A stretch of 64,000 nt of DNA from Dehalococcoidia bacterium (GCA_021731085.1 JAKFYB010000001.1:101266-165265), one strand, 5' to 3'; shown: positions 18,848-28,550, counted from the stretch's first letter. Program-made: numbers and translations. Notes: generated by a model not told the origin, from the sequence alone.

Positions 18848-19378
18848 CTACGACGCCCGCTGCGACAGGCCGAGGCGGATCTTCTGCTCCGGCGAGAGCG
18901 TGCTGTAGTCGGGCGCGCCGCGCGGTGGTGCGCCTGCGGGCACGCGCAACGACTGCGCCTGCGTCTCGATGTGCGTGCGGACACGGCTTACGACGTCCTT
19001 TGCGGCGCTCACGGACTGTTCTATCGTTTCGATGTCGTCGCCGCCGATCAGTTCCGCCGGCAGCTCCGGTTCCGCGCGCGCGACGAGATCGCGGTACTTC
19101 TCGGCCGCTGTTCGCAGGCGTGCCTCCGCCTGCTCGACGAACGTGCGCGCGGACTGCGCTTCGTTCGCCGATGACTCCTGCGCTTCCTGTGCCGATGCCA
19201 GTTCGTTGCGCAGCGCCGCCGCTTCGCCAATAGCCGTTGCGGCCCGTGCTTCGGCGTCTGCGGCGCCGATCTGGAGGCGTTCAACCTCCGCTCGTGATTC
19301 GGCGAGCTGTTCCTGGAGCGCCGCCAGTTCCTCGCCCGATGGGGGCGACGCGGCTTGTGAGCCGGGGTCCTTCATCAT
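18848..19378 (-). CDS. Coiled-coil protein, putative capsid scaffolding protein
   Basis: 176 aa of Ala/Glu/Gln-rich heptad-like sequence, a strong AGGAGGTG RBS, GC3-rich codons, immediately upstream of the capsid-like gene. Confidence 0.45.
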   Translation of the reverse strand: MMKDPGSQAASPPSGEELAALQEQLAESRAEVERLQIGAADAEARAATAIGEAAALRNELASAQEAQESSANEAQSARTFVEQAEARLRTAAEKYRDLVARAEPELPAELIGGDDIETIEQSVSAAKDVVSRVRTHIETQAQSLRVPAGAPPRGAPDYSTLSPEQKIRLGLSQRAS

Positions 19379-19531
19379 CCACCTCCTGTGCTATCCCTGA
19401 CCGCTAGGGCGAGAGTAGGCGGGGTGGTAAGCGTGCTCCAAGCCCCGGATGGCACTTCACGCGGAATCATCCGATTTTCCTGAACACACTTCGAGCGTTG
19501 CCCGCCTAGCTGCGGCTATCCTTCCTGACCT

Positions 19532-20584
19532 ATGGAACAATCCGCCTTTGTCTCCGGAGTCGAACTCGCTCGCCGCTACTGGCACGACGCCATCGCGCCT
19601 ATCATCGACGAGTTGCTGCCTGGCATGCCCCGTGCTGCGGCGCGAATCGGGGCGGGTTCGGACGTTCTCGGCTTCGACACCGAGCGCTCGACCGATCACG
19701 GGTGGGGCCCGCGCGTCGTCGTCTTTCTTGAAGACGACTTCGACCTGGGGCGCGAGCGGCACATAGAACTGCTCAAGGCGATCGATGCGCGCATCCCGGC
19801 AGAGTTTTCGGGATACGCGACGCGGTTCGCGGCGTATACGGGCGGTCCGGTGCGTCATCAGGTGGTGTTCACATCGGTTCGCGAGTGGTCCACATTCGCC
19901 CTGGGCTTCGACCCGCGTGAGGAGATCACGGACGCGGATTGGCTCGGTACCCCTGCGCAGCTACTGATCGAGGCTACGGGTGGCGCGGTCTTCGAGGACG
20001 CGACTGGCGAACTGACGCGGGCGCGCGAACGGCTTCGCTGGTATCCCGACGACGTGTGGCTGTACTTGCTGGGCTGCCAGTGGCGGCGCATCGACCAGGA
20101 AGAACCCTTCGTTGGGCGCACGGGCGAGGTCGGCGACGAACTCGGTTCGGCCGTGATCGCGGCGCGACTCGTGCGCGACATCATGCGGCTGTGCTTCCTG
20201 ATCGAGCGGCGGTATGCGCCCTACGCGAAATGGCTCGGCACGGCATTCGCGCAGCTCGACTGTGGCCCAACGTTGGTACCGATGTTGCGCGAAGCACTTG
20301 TGGCAAAGGACTGGCGTGCCCGCGAGGCGGCGCTTGTCCCCGCGTACGAGCACATCGCCGGGATGTTCAACGACCTCGGCGTGATCGAGCTGCAGGAACC
20401 ACACGTGCGCTTCTTTTACGACCGTCCATTCCGCGTGCTCGGCTCCGGGCGCTTTGTCGATGCGTGCTTCGAGAAGACTCCGCTCCGGAGTCTCGGCTAC
20501 AAGGGGGGCGTCGACCAGTTCGTGGACAGCACCGACGTGTTGAGCGACGCTCACACAGCCCGCCACCTCCTTAGTCAGATCTGA
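19532..20584 (+). CDS. Hypothetical protein (DUF4037-like, nucleotidyltransferase-fold)
   Basis: 350-aa ORF with good codon usage; the N-terminus resembles DUF4037 family members. Confidence 0.4.
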   Translation: MEQSAFVSGVELARRYWHDAIAPIIDELLPGMPRAAARIGAGSDVLGFDTERSTDHGWGPRVVVFLEDDFDLGRERHIELLKAIDARIPAEFSGYATRFAAYTGGPVRHQVVFTSVREWSTFALGFDPREEITDADWLGTPAQLLIEATGGAVFEDATGELTRARERLRWYPDDVWLYLLGCQWRRIDQEEPFVGRTGEVGDELGSAVIAARLVRDIMRLCFLIERRYAPYAKWLGTAFAQLDCGPTLVPMLREALVAKDWRAREAALVPAYEHIAGMFNDLGVIELQEPHVRFFYDRPFRVLGSGRFVDACFEKTPLRSLGYKGGVDQFVDSTDVLSDAHTARHLLSQI

Positions 20585-20629
20585 GCAGCTCACCGATAAC
20601 TCATCTTCATTTGGCGACGAGGGAGAATA

Positions 20630-21661
20630 GTGATGGCAAACAAACCGAAATACTGGGGCACGCTCGTGCCGCTGCCGGCGCCGGTGATAGCGGCGCAATG
20701 CCAGCAGTTCGAGGCGATGGGGCTAGAGGGAGCGTTCGCGCCGCAGGTCTCGTCGACGCCGTTCGCAGTGCTCGGGGCCGCAGCTGCCGTCTCGACGAAG
20801 ATGCGCCTCGCGTCCGGCATCGGACTGGCGTTCGTGCGCAGTCCTTTCGAGACAGCACTGCACGCGCTCGACCTCGACAAGCTCAGCGGCGGCCGCTTCA
20901 CGCTGGGTCTCGGCACGAGCGTCGAGTCGTGGACAGAGGGCTTCTATGGCATGCACTACGGCAAGCCGCTTGAGCATCTGCGCGAAGTCGTCGAGATCGT
21001 GCGGCTCGTCATCGCGAAAGGTCACACGGGCGAGCTGACGCGCTTCGAAGGCAAGTACTGGGAGCTGGACTTCAGCGAATGGCAGCCCTCTGGCCCGCCC
21101 GTGCGCGACAACATTCCGATCTGGATCGCCGCCCTCCGCACGCCGCTGATCCGCCTCGCGGCCGAAATTGGCGATGGCGTGATGGGGCACCCGATTTGGT
21201 CGCTCGACTGGGCGTCAACGAAGGTACAGGACGACCTCAAGGCCGGGCTTGCGGCGGGCGGTAAGCAGCGCAGCGACATCGACTTCAATGTTTGGCTCTG
21301 GGTCGCGCCGAACCCTGACCGAAAGCAGGCGATCGAGGACGCGCGCGGCACCGTCGCGTTCTATGCCGGCGTCGCGCAGTACGAGGAGTACTTCGCCGCG
21401 CACGGCTTTCGCGCCGAGGCCCGGGCGCTGCAAGAAGGCGTACAGCGCGGCGACTACCTCTCGGTGAAGCACCTTGTGACGGACGAGATGGCGCAGACGT
21501 TCGTCGTCTGCGGCACGCCGGACGAAGTGCGCGAGCGCGTCTCAGCGACCTGGGAGTTTGCGGATAGCGCCTGCCTCAATCCCCCCGCGTACGGGTTGGA
21601 GATGGGCGCAATGCTTCGGTATGGGGCCGCCATCGCGGACTTGTTTTACGCATCCCAGTAG
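20630..21661 (+). CDS. LLM-class F420-dependent oxidoreductase
   Basis: Luciferase-like monooxygenase TIM-barrel signatures. The window also encodes the F420 chromophore synthase genes cofG and cofH. Confidence 0.7.
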   Translation: MMANKPKYWGTLVPLPAPVIAAQCQQFEAMGLEGAFAPQVSSTPFAVLGAAAAVSTKMRLASGIGLAFVRSPFETALHALDLDKLSGGRFTLGLGTSVESWTEGFYGMHYGKPLEHLREVVEIVRLVIAKGHTGELTRFEGKYWELDFSEWQPSGPPVRDNIPIWIAALRTPLIRLAAEIGDGVMGHPIWSLDWASTKVQDDLKAGLAAGGKQRSDIDFNVWLWVAPNPDRKQAIEDARGTVAFYAGVAQYEEYFAAHGFRAEARALQEGVQRGDYLSVKHLVTDEMAQTFVVCGTPDEVRERVSATWEFADSACLNPPAYGLEMGAMLRYGAAIADLFYASQ

Positions 21662-23796
21662 CCGTGGAGCGACGCGATCTTGCCGTCGCTGTCAAGCGCG
21701 AGGACGATGACGCCGCTGAACGGGGGTGTTGTTCCATCGCGGTCCTCGACGCGCGTTGCGATTGCTGCTTCGTTTCCCGCGACGCAGATCGTCTCAATGC
21801 TCACGGAGTGGTTCGCGAACCGAATGAGCATCTGGTCGAACACCTGACCGATCGCTTCGATGCCGATCATCGGAATCATGCCTGGTGGATCCTGGCGCAT
21901 ACCGTGCTCTGACCACAGAGCGAGAAAGCTCTCGCGGTTCCCGGCGTTGATCGCGGCGACGTATGCCTCCGCCATCGCATACGGCCGCTGGTCGTCGACG
22001 TCGCGGAGCGGTCGAAACGATGTGACGGCCGAAAGCAGTCCCTCGTGTGAGGTCAGCACCTCGATGCCACGCGCCGCCGTGATGGTTCCCGGCGATTGAT
22101 CAAGATCCGTCCAGACGATGGCAACGTCGTCGCGCACGGCATACGCACTATCAAGGCGCAGGTCGTGTTGGCTGTGAGGCATTGCGTGATCCCACCACCT
22201 GGCAAGGCCGTCGATTCCGATGAACGGGGCCTCGTGATAGGGCACCTGCGCTACACAGTCTTCAGCAAACATGCCGAGAAATTCATCGCGGTCGCGCTTG
22301 TTGAGCACTTCGATGAAACGGTCGGCGAGGTTGCGCAGGCCTTCGAGCCAGGCACTTCGGTCTACATCGTCCACCTGTTCCACCCAGGGCGCCTCGTCGG
22401 ACTCCCAGTACGAATGTGCAGACGCGATCTTGCCGTCGCTATCGATACCCAGGATGTCCACGCCGACGCCTTCAGTTCGTGCGCCGTTGTCCTCGTACTT
22501 CGCACGCCACGCGATCGCGAGTTCATTCCCAGCGACGCAAACATGGTCGATGCTGAATGCGAGAGACGGATGAATGGCTGTCACGTCGTCCCACCAAGCA
22601 CGGATAGCAGCGTGCCCGATCCGCGGTGGCGTCCCGACTGGGTCCTGCTGAACGGCCTCGGGAGCAAACAGCGCGAGGAACGCCGCGCCATCACGCTCGC
22701 CAACCGCGCGAATGTACTGTGTCGCCAGATTCTGCATGGCCGGTTCTGTTGTTTTGCTCCGCGACCAGTAGGAGTGGCATGAAGCGATGAGATCGCCATC
22801 AAAGGACAGGATTTCGACACCACGCGCGTGGTGTATCTCGCCGTCTCGCTTATGCGCGATCGTCCACAAGATTGCCGCTTCCTCGCCCGTGATGTTGGAA
22901 GTTTCGAGGCGCACGTCGTATTCGTTATCGAGGGTGATTAACGCATCCCACCAGAGGCCGATCGCCTCATGGCCAATGTGGGGTGACTCGTCGATCGGAT
23001 CCTGGATGATGCCGTCCGGCGCGAAGAGTGCGATGAAGGCCGCGCGATCGCGGCGATTCAGCGTGTCCACGAACTCCTCGATGATCGCCCGCAGATCCGC
23101 CCTCCTGTTGCGCACGCTTGTGCTCGCGAATGCTGACGCGAGAGTCGCTGCCGCGGCGGTCGCATCATCGGCGCTGCACACTGCGCTGATGACGGCTGCC
23201 GCATCCGCGCCCGCGGCGATCACCTCCACGATGTTGTCGGCGTTGATGCCACCAATTGCGACGACGGGCACGTTGACGGCTGCCTTCACCGCACGGATGC
23301 GGTCGAGGTTCGCGGGGCGGGTGTCTTCCTTCGACGACGTCGGGAAGATGGCGCCGACGGCAACATAGTCCGCGCCGCCTGCCTCCGCTGCGAGCGCCTC
23401 GGCCGCGTTGTTCGTTGACACGCCGATGATGGCATCGGGGCCGAGGAGAGCGCGCGCTGCTGCAAATGGAAGGTCGTGCTGTCCCAGATGGACGCCGTGT
23501 GCGCCCGCCGCCGTCACTAGGTCAGCATGGTCGTTGATGATCAGATGCGCGCCGCGCTCACTACAGAGCTGAGCTATTGCGTGCGCATCCGCGATCTGTT
23601 CGCCTTTGTCGCGGCGTTTGTCCCGCCACTGGAGGATGTTCGCGCCGCCTTCGAGCGCGCCGCGTGCGACATCAACGGGCGAGCGATCACCGCACGCATC
23701 GGGATCGATGATGACGTAGAGTCCCTGAATTCGGTGCGGTGTCGCCATATTCGTTGCTGAGGGCTGGGTCATATATGATCTCATATTCCGGACCAA
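21646..23796 (-). CDS. thiE: Thiamine-phosphate synthase (ThiE) fused to four tandem NTF2-like (SnoaL/DUF4440-like) domains
   Basis: N-terminal ~210 aa has ThiE motifs (YVIIDPD, VSTNNAAEALAAEAGGADYVAVGAIFPTSSK). Four ~120-aa repeats follow, each beginning F(V/I)..LN.RDR..F..LFA. Confidence 0.7.
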   Translation of the reverse strand: MVRNMRSYMTQPSATNMATPHRIQGLYVIIDPDACGDRSPVDVARGALEGGANILQWRDKRRDKGEQIADAHAIAQLCSERGAHLIINDHADLVTAAGAHGVHLGQHDLPFAAARALLGPDAIIGVSTNNAAEALAAEAGGADYVAVGAIFPTSSKEDTRPANLDRIRAVKAAVNVPVVAIGGINADNIVEVIAAGADAAAVISAVCSADDATAAAATLASAFASTSVRNRRADLRAIIEEFVDTLNRRDRAAFIALFAPDGIIQDPIDESPHIGHEAIGLWWDALITLDNEYDVRLETSNITGEEAAILWTIAHKRDGEIHHARGVEILSFDGDLIASCHSYWSRSKTTEPAMQNLATQYIRAVGERDGAAFLALFAPEAVQQDPVGTPPRIGHAAIRAWWDDVTAIHPSLAFSIDHVCVAGNELAIAWRAKYEDNGARTEGVGVDILGIDSDGKIASAHSYWESDEAPWVEQVDDVDRSAWLEGLRNLADRFIEVLNKRDRDEFLGMFAEDCVAQVPYHEAPFIGIDGLARWWDHAMPHSQHDLRLDSAYAVRDDVAIVWTDLDQSPGTITAARGIEVLTSHEGLLSAVTSFRPLRDVDDQRPYAMAEAYVAAINAGNRESFLALWSEHGMRQDPPGMIPMIGIEAIGQVFDQMLIRFANHSVSIETICVAGNEAAIATRVEDRDGTTPPFSGVIVLALDSDGKIASLHGYWDA

Positions 23797-23865
23797 ATGT
23801 GGTCGTTTTCGAACCGAAAGATGTCAACTAAGGCGATTCTTGGTGTCCTCCGCGGGCTTCGGGAG

Positions 23866-24585
23866 TCAAATCGTGAGGGCCTGGGCCGCTGCCGCGTCGA
23901 GCAGCCACGTCACGCTCGGGTGCTCCTGCAGCCACGATGCCGGGGTTTCAGGCCGTATCGGACCTTCGATCGCGCTACGGATGATGTCGGCTTTATGACC
24001 GCCGGTCGCCAGCACGATGATCGTCGTCGATTCAAGAAGGTCGGCGATGCCGAGCGTCATGCCATGGGTGGGCACGCCCTCGATGCCGCCGAAACTCGCC
24101 GCGTGAGCCTGGCGCGATGTGGCGGTGAGCTCGATGACGCGCGCCGGGCTATCGCGGGCCGAGCCCGGTTCGTTGAACGCGATGTGGCCAGTCTGGCCGA
24201 TGCCGAGGACGCAAAGATCGAGGCTGCCGCCGCGCCGGATTGCCTCTGCGTATGCGCGGATGTGGAGGTCGGGTTCGGTCGCGGATGGATTCGGGCAGTA
24301 CAGCGCGCGAGTACGAAAGCGAATGTGCTCGCGATAGAACTGCGTGTTCGTGCCCGGCGTCGTTCGCCTGGCATCGCAGAACTCGTCGATCGCGTAAACG
24401 AGCACCGCGGAGGGGTCGCACGCGCCACCGGCTGCACGTAGGTTCAGTTCTTCATATAGAGGAATAGGTGTGCCGCCGGTGGGGAGCCCCAGGTTCGCCC
24501 GTGGCTTTGCGGCGACAGCCGCGCAGATGAGGTCGGCGGCATATTTGGCGACAGCGGCGGCGTCGGGGAGCACTCTTATCGCCAT
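23866..24585 (-). CDS. nagB: Glucosamine-6-phosphate deaminase
   Basis: LPTGGTP and GIGQTGHIAFNEPGS motifs. Confidence 0.8.
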   Translation of the reverse strand: MAIRVLPDAAAVAKYAADLICAAVAAKPRANLGLPTGGTPIPLYEELNLRAAGGACDPSAVLVYAIDEFCDARRTTPGTNTQFYREHIRFRTRALYCPNPSATEPDLHIRAYAEAIRRGGSLDLCVLGIGQTGHIAFNEPGSARDSPARVIELTATSRQAHAASFGGIEGVPTHGMTLGIADLLESTTIIVLATGGHKADIIRSAIEGPIRPETPASWLQEHPSVTWLLDAAAAQALTI

Positions 24586-24697
24586 AGGCGAATGCTAACA
24601 CCCGCGCGCGGCGTGGCTGCTGCGCTTCGGGGCTGCTACTGTCTCTGGCGAGAGCAACAGCACGGATCCAAGCAAACTCAACTGAGGAGACAACACG

Positions 24698-25702
24698 ATG
24701 GCGAAGCGACTGGGACTGCAGATTGGATTCACGGGCGGGCGCGAGGAGCGGCTTGAGGTCGTCGAGCGTGTGAAGATCGCCGAGGACCTGGGTGTGGAAT
24801 CCGTGTGGGTAGCGGAGGCTTGGGGGCGCGATGCCTTCAGCATCCTGACGCAGCTAGCGCTGGCGACGGAGAAGATTCAGCTTGGCACAGCGATCGTCAA
24901 CGTGTTCAGCCGTACGCCGGCGGTGCTGGCGATGACGTTCGGGACACTGGACGACCTTTCGCAGGGTCGTGCGATCGTCGGTCTTGGCAGCAGCGGGTCG
25001 AACGTGATCGAGCACTGGCACGGCGTGCCGTTCGAGAAGCCGGCCACCCGCCTGCGGGAGTACATCCAGATCATCAACACGATCATGAAGCAGGAGAAGC
25101 TGAACTACGACGGCAAAGTCTTCAAGCTGGAGCGTGGCTTCACGGCCCAGTTCCCGACATACCGCGATCACATCCCCACGTACATCGCCTCGATCACGAC
25201 GAAGAGCGTCATCCAGACGGGCGAGATCGCAGACGGCTGGATTCCGATCTACTGGTCGAAGGACAAGATCGGCGCGGGCGTGGACATGCTGATGGAGGGC
25301 GCGAAGAAGGCGGGCAGGACGCGTGCGGACATCACGGTCGCGCCGTCCACAGTCGTACAGATCACGGATGCTGGCACCGACGAGCAGGTGCGGATGCAGG
25401 CGCGCGGGCCCATCGCCTTCTACATCGGACGCATGGGCACGTACTACTACGAAATGCTGGAAAGCCACGGCTACGAAGAAGAAGTCGCGAAGGTGAAGGC
25501 AGGTTGGGCGGCGCGCGACCCGAAGGCCGCCGCGCTCGGCGTCAGCGACCGGATGCTGGAGCAGACGGCCGTCGTTGGCCCAGTCGAAAGCTGTGCGGAG
25601 CAGCTCGACGAGCGGCGTGCGCTCGGCGTCGACCTGCCCATCATCAACATGGTCGGCCGCGACGCGATGGAGATGGGCAAGATCCTCGAGAAGCTGCTCT
25701 AG
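24698..25702 (+). CDS. LLM-class flavin/F420-dependent oxidoreductase
   Basis: Luciferase-like monooxygenase signatures; 334 aa. Confidence 0.75.
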   Translation: MAKRLGLQIGFTGGREERLEVVERVKIAEDLGVESVWVAEAWGRDAFSILTQLALATEKIQLGTAIVNVFSRTPAVLAMTFGTLDDLSQGRAIVGLGSSGSNVIEHWHGVPFEKPATRLREYIQIINTIMKQEKLNYDGKVFKLERGFTAQFPTYRDHIPTYIASITTKSVIQTGEIADGWIPIYWSKDKIGAGVDMLMEGAKKAGRTRADITVAPSTVVQITDAGTDEQVRMQARGPIAFYIGRMGTYYYEMLESHGYEEEVAKVKAGWAARDPKAAALGVSDRMLEQTAVVGPVESCAEQLDERRALGVDLPIINMVGRDAMEMGKILEKLL

Positions 25703-25750
25703 CCGGGCCATACTCGGATCGAGATGACGGAGCGCGGGCTTTTCACCCCG

Positions 25751-25776
25751 CGCTTCTTCGTGTGTCGGGAGAGCTT
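25751..25776. repeat. REP-like GC hairpin, variant (AGCGCGGGCTTTTCACCCCGCGC)
   Basis: Same element with one arm substitution, ~50 bp after the LLM gene stop. Confidence 0.6.
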
Positions 25777-26190
25777 GTCCCGCAGCCGCGCGATGTGGCC
25801 CGCCGTCCCCCGGCTGTGCAGTCGTCGCCTGTCGTCCGACCCACTAGAGGTCACTACTAGTCATAACGACCGTTCCCTGGCAGAAATGCAAGGCCAGCAC
25901 GCGCGATCTGGCGCCAAATCCAACTGCTGACGCTTGTAAGCCAAACAGGTTCGGCTCACGCGGCCGATACTTCTGACGGAACACCCGCGGAAGTGAGTGC
26001 CGCAGGAGAAGTCTCGCTTACGCGTAAGAAATCCGGGCCGTAACAGGCTGTCAAGTACGGCGTTTGGATAGCTGTCAAGGGCTCAATGTCGGCTGCGATG
26101 GGGCATCGGTACGCAGACGTGAGCGGGAGTGACGTGATGGGGACTTCAGCGAACAGCCGCATCCCGCGCAAAGGGCGTCGCCGCAAGGGC

Positions 26191-26577
26191 ATGCGCCGCG
26201 GCGAGATCGGCCAGAGCCTGGTCGAGCTGGGCATGATGCTCCCGCTGATTCTGATCCTCGTCATTGGCGTGATCGAGGTGAACAGCGCACTCAACGCGTA
26301 CATCACCGTCGTGAACTCCGCCCGAGACGGGGCGCGTCTCGGCTCGAAAGGCGCCGCCACAGACGCGGAGATCCGAACCCTGGTTCGCAAGGACCTGGAG
26401 CGGCTTCCGCAGGCGACGGTCGATGGCGACATCACCATCTCGCACCCGACCGTCAACAGCGTCGCAGCCATCAAAGTCATGTCCTGTTACGACCACGAGA
26501 CGATCTTGCAAGTCGACTTGCTGATGCCAGATACGTTCCGCATCTGCTCCGACACGACGATGCCCGAATTGAATTGA
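26191..26577 (+). CDS. TadE-like pilus assembly protein (minor pseudopilin)
   Basis: N-terminal GQSLVELGMMLPLILILVIGVIE TadE-family TM segment. Start moved to MRRGE. Confidence 0.6.
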   Translation: MRRGEIGQSLVELGMMLPLILILVIGVIEVNSALNAYITVVNSARDGARLGSKGAATDAEIRTLVRKDLERLPQATVDGDITISHPTVNSVAAIKVMSCYDHETILQVDLLMPDTFRICSDTTMPELN

Positions 26578-26585
26578 GGTAGCTC

Positions 26586-27884
26586 ATGAAGAAGTTGCTC
26601 CTCCGTTTCCACCAGCAAGAAAACGCGCAGGTCCTCTGGATCTTCGCGCTGCTCGCGTTCATCCTCATCGGCCTGATGGGACTTGCGACCGACATCGGCC
26701 GCATCTATGTAGCCCGCGCCGAACTTGGACGCTCGGTCGATGCCGCGGCCTTGGCCGGCGCGAAACAGCTCCCGGACATCGTTGCTGCCGACGCGAAGGC
26801 GCGGTCGTTCATCACACAGAATGAACCAAACGCCAACGTGAACGTCGAGGTCTACCCGAACGTCCCGGCACAGCAAGTTGAGGTGCGCGCGGTCAAGACC
26901 GTCAACACCGTCTTCCTTCGCGCGCTCGGTGTCGGCAGCGTCGCCGTCCGCAACCAGGCGACCGCGGGATTCGGCGTTATTCCTGTGGACGCGTACCTGA
27001 CTATCGATGCCACTGGTTCCATGCACAACGGCTGCAACGCGGCCGAAACCAGCACAGGCGGTGTGTGTCCCATCAAGGAAGCCAAGGATGGGGCGACGGC
27101 GTTCATCAACACGTTACTCGTCACCGGCAGCACCAACACCAATACGGTTGTGGGCCTCGGCGCATTCCGTGGTTGCTACAACCTTCCACGGAACAACACG
27201 CGATGCGTTGATGCGACCGCGCCGAACTCCCTGATCACAAACCTGACCAGCAACAAGACGACGTTGACCGCCGGCGTGAGCGCTATTCATGCGATTGGTG
27301 GACCGGGACAGGACACGAGTGGTTCGGGGACGAACATCTGCCAGGCGCTGAAGAAGGCGCAAGATGTCCTCTTCAACTACGGAGGCGGCCACACAGCGTC
27401 GAACACACAGCGCGTCATCGTGATCCTTAGTGACGGTGACAACGTGTACAACGCCGACCAGGTGAACGCGAGCAGCCCGCAATCGCCCGAGAGTCCTTGC
27501 CGGCCAACAAGCCCTTCGACCAATGATGGGGATGTCGGCACGAGTTGCCTAAACAACACACAAACGCAGGAAGCGAAAGTGGACTTGATGTCGCACAACA
27601 TGGCGACGACTTTGAAGAACGCGACGAATAACGTCGAAATCTTCGTCATCGCCTGGAGCGTGTGCGGTGGAATTCAGTCGTCGTCAACGCTCTGCAACAC
27701 AACGGGTATTGGATCGACCGGGACCGGTCACCCTGACAGCACAGCCGACCACCGCCTGCTGAAGTGCATCGCGTCGTCTTCGCCTGGGACGAACGACCAC
27801 TACTTTGAGACGGCTACGGCGTCCGAGCTCCCAGGCATTTTCCAGCAGATCGCGCAGCAAGTGTCATTCAGGTTGATTAAGTGA
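26586..27884 (+). CDS. TadG-like Flp pilus-assembly protein with vWA domain
   Basis: N-terminal TadG-like TM segment (LWIFALLAFILIGLMGLATDIGRIY) and a vWA region (YLTIDATGSM ... VIVILSDGDN). Confidence 0.6.
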   Translation: MKKLLLRFHQQENAQVLWIFALLAFILIGLMGLATDIGRIYVARAELGRSVDAAALAGAKQLPDIVAADAKARSFITQNEPNANVNVEVYPNVPAQQVEVRAVKTVNTVFLRALGVGSVAVRNQATAGFGVIPVDAYLTIDATGSMHNGCNAAETSTGGVCPIKEAKDGATAFINTLLVTGSTNTNTVVGLGAFRGCYNLPRNNTRCVDATAPNSLITNLTSNKTTLTAGVSAIHAIGGPGQDTSGSGTNICQALKKAQDVLFNYGGGHTASNTQRVIVILSDGDNVYNADQVNASSPQSPESPCRPTSPSTNDGDVGTSCLNNTQTQEAKVDLMSHNMATTLKNATNNVEIFVIAWSVCGGIQSSSTLCNTTGIGSTGTGHPDSTADHRLLKCIASSSPGTNDHYFETATASELPGIFQQIAQQVSFRLIK

Positions 27885-28375
27885 TGAAGACCATGTTGAA
27901 CTGGCTCAAGGGGCGCGGAGAATACGGACAGACGCTGGCAGAGTTCGCCATGCTCATGCCCATCATCACGCTCGTCATCTTTGGTCTGGTTGACATGTCT
28001 CGCGCAATGCAGGCGTACGTCACCATCCAGGAGGCCGCGCGCGATGGCACGCGGTACGCGGTGACCGGTCGCATCGACTGCGACAACGTCGCGGTGCAGA
28101 ACAGGGCCAACTGCATTGAGGAAGCCGTGAACAATCGGACCGACCATCTCGCGAACACGGACTCGATCACTGTGTCGACGAGGCACTGGAACTTCCCGTT
28201 GTACGCCGACCCGGCCACCGAGAACGACCCTGGAACGCAGTGCGACGCCGTAGAAGTAGAAGTCCACTACACCTACGAGCCGATCACGCCGGTGTTCCGC
28301 CAGCTCGTGAAGAACAGCGTCGGCATGAGTGCGAGGGAGCGTCTTGTGAACGAACCCTACGGCACCTGCGAATAG
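27881..28375 (+). CDS. TadE/TadF-like pilus assembly protein
   Basis: GQTLAEFAMLMPIITLVIFGLVD TadE-family N-terminus; overlaps the tadG-like stop. Confidence 0.6.
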   Translation: MMKTMLNWLKGRGEYGQTLAEFAMLMPIITLVIFGLVDMSRAMQAYVTIQEAARDGTRYAVTGRIDCDNVAVQNRANCIEEAVNNRTDHLANTDSITVSTRHWNFPLYADPATENDPGTQCDAVEVEVHYTYEPITPVFRQLVKNSVGMSARERLVNEPYGTCE

Positions 28376-28467
28376 CCCTCCTGCGTACGAACACACAAAG
28401 AGGCCTGCTTTTCCGAGAAGCGGGCCTTTCTGTGCCACCGGAGCCGCCCTCCTGAAGCTGGAACGTC

Positions 28468-28496
28468 TTGACACTAGATAGGGCCGGTAGTACATT
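28468..28496 (+). promoter_or_regulatory. Candidate sigma70-type promoter for the cytochrome bc operon (TTGACA-17-TACATT)
   Basis: Perfect -35, 17-nt spacer and a 4/6 -10 hexamer, ~55 nt upstream of the first ORF of the operon. Confidence 0.4.
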
Positions 28497-28550
28497 CCCG
28501 TTTGAAACAGGATTCACAATCGGTCCGCCAACGGGCGGGCGAGGTGGACG

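Noticed and set aside
17834-19378. Intact or decaying prophage around the capsid-like gene
   Set aside because: No integrase, terminase, portal, prohead protease, tail or lysis genes within ~15 kb on either side. The flanking genes are ordinary metabolic genes with host GC.
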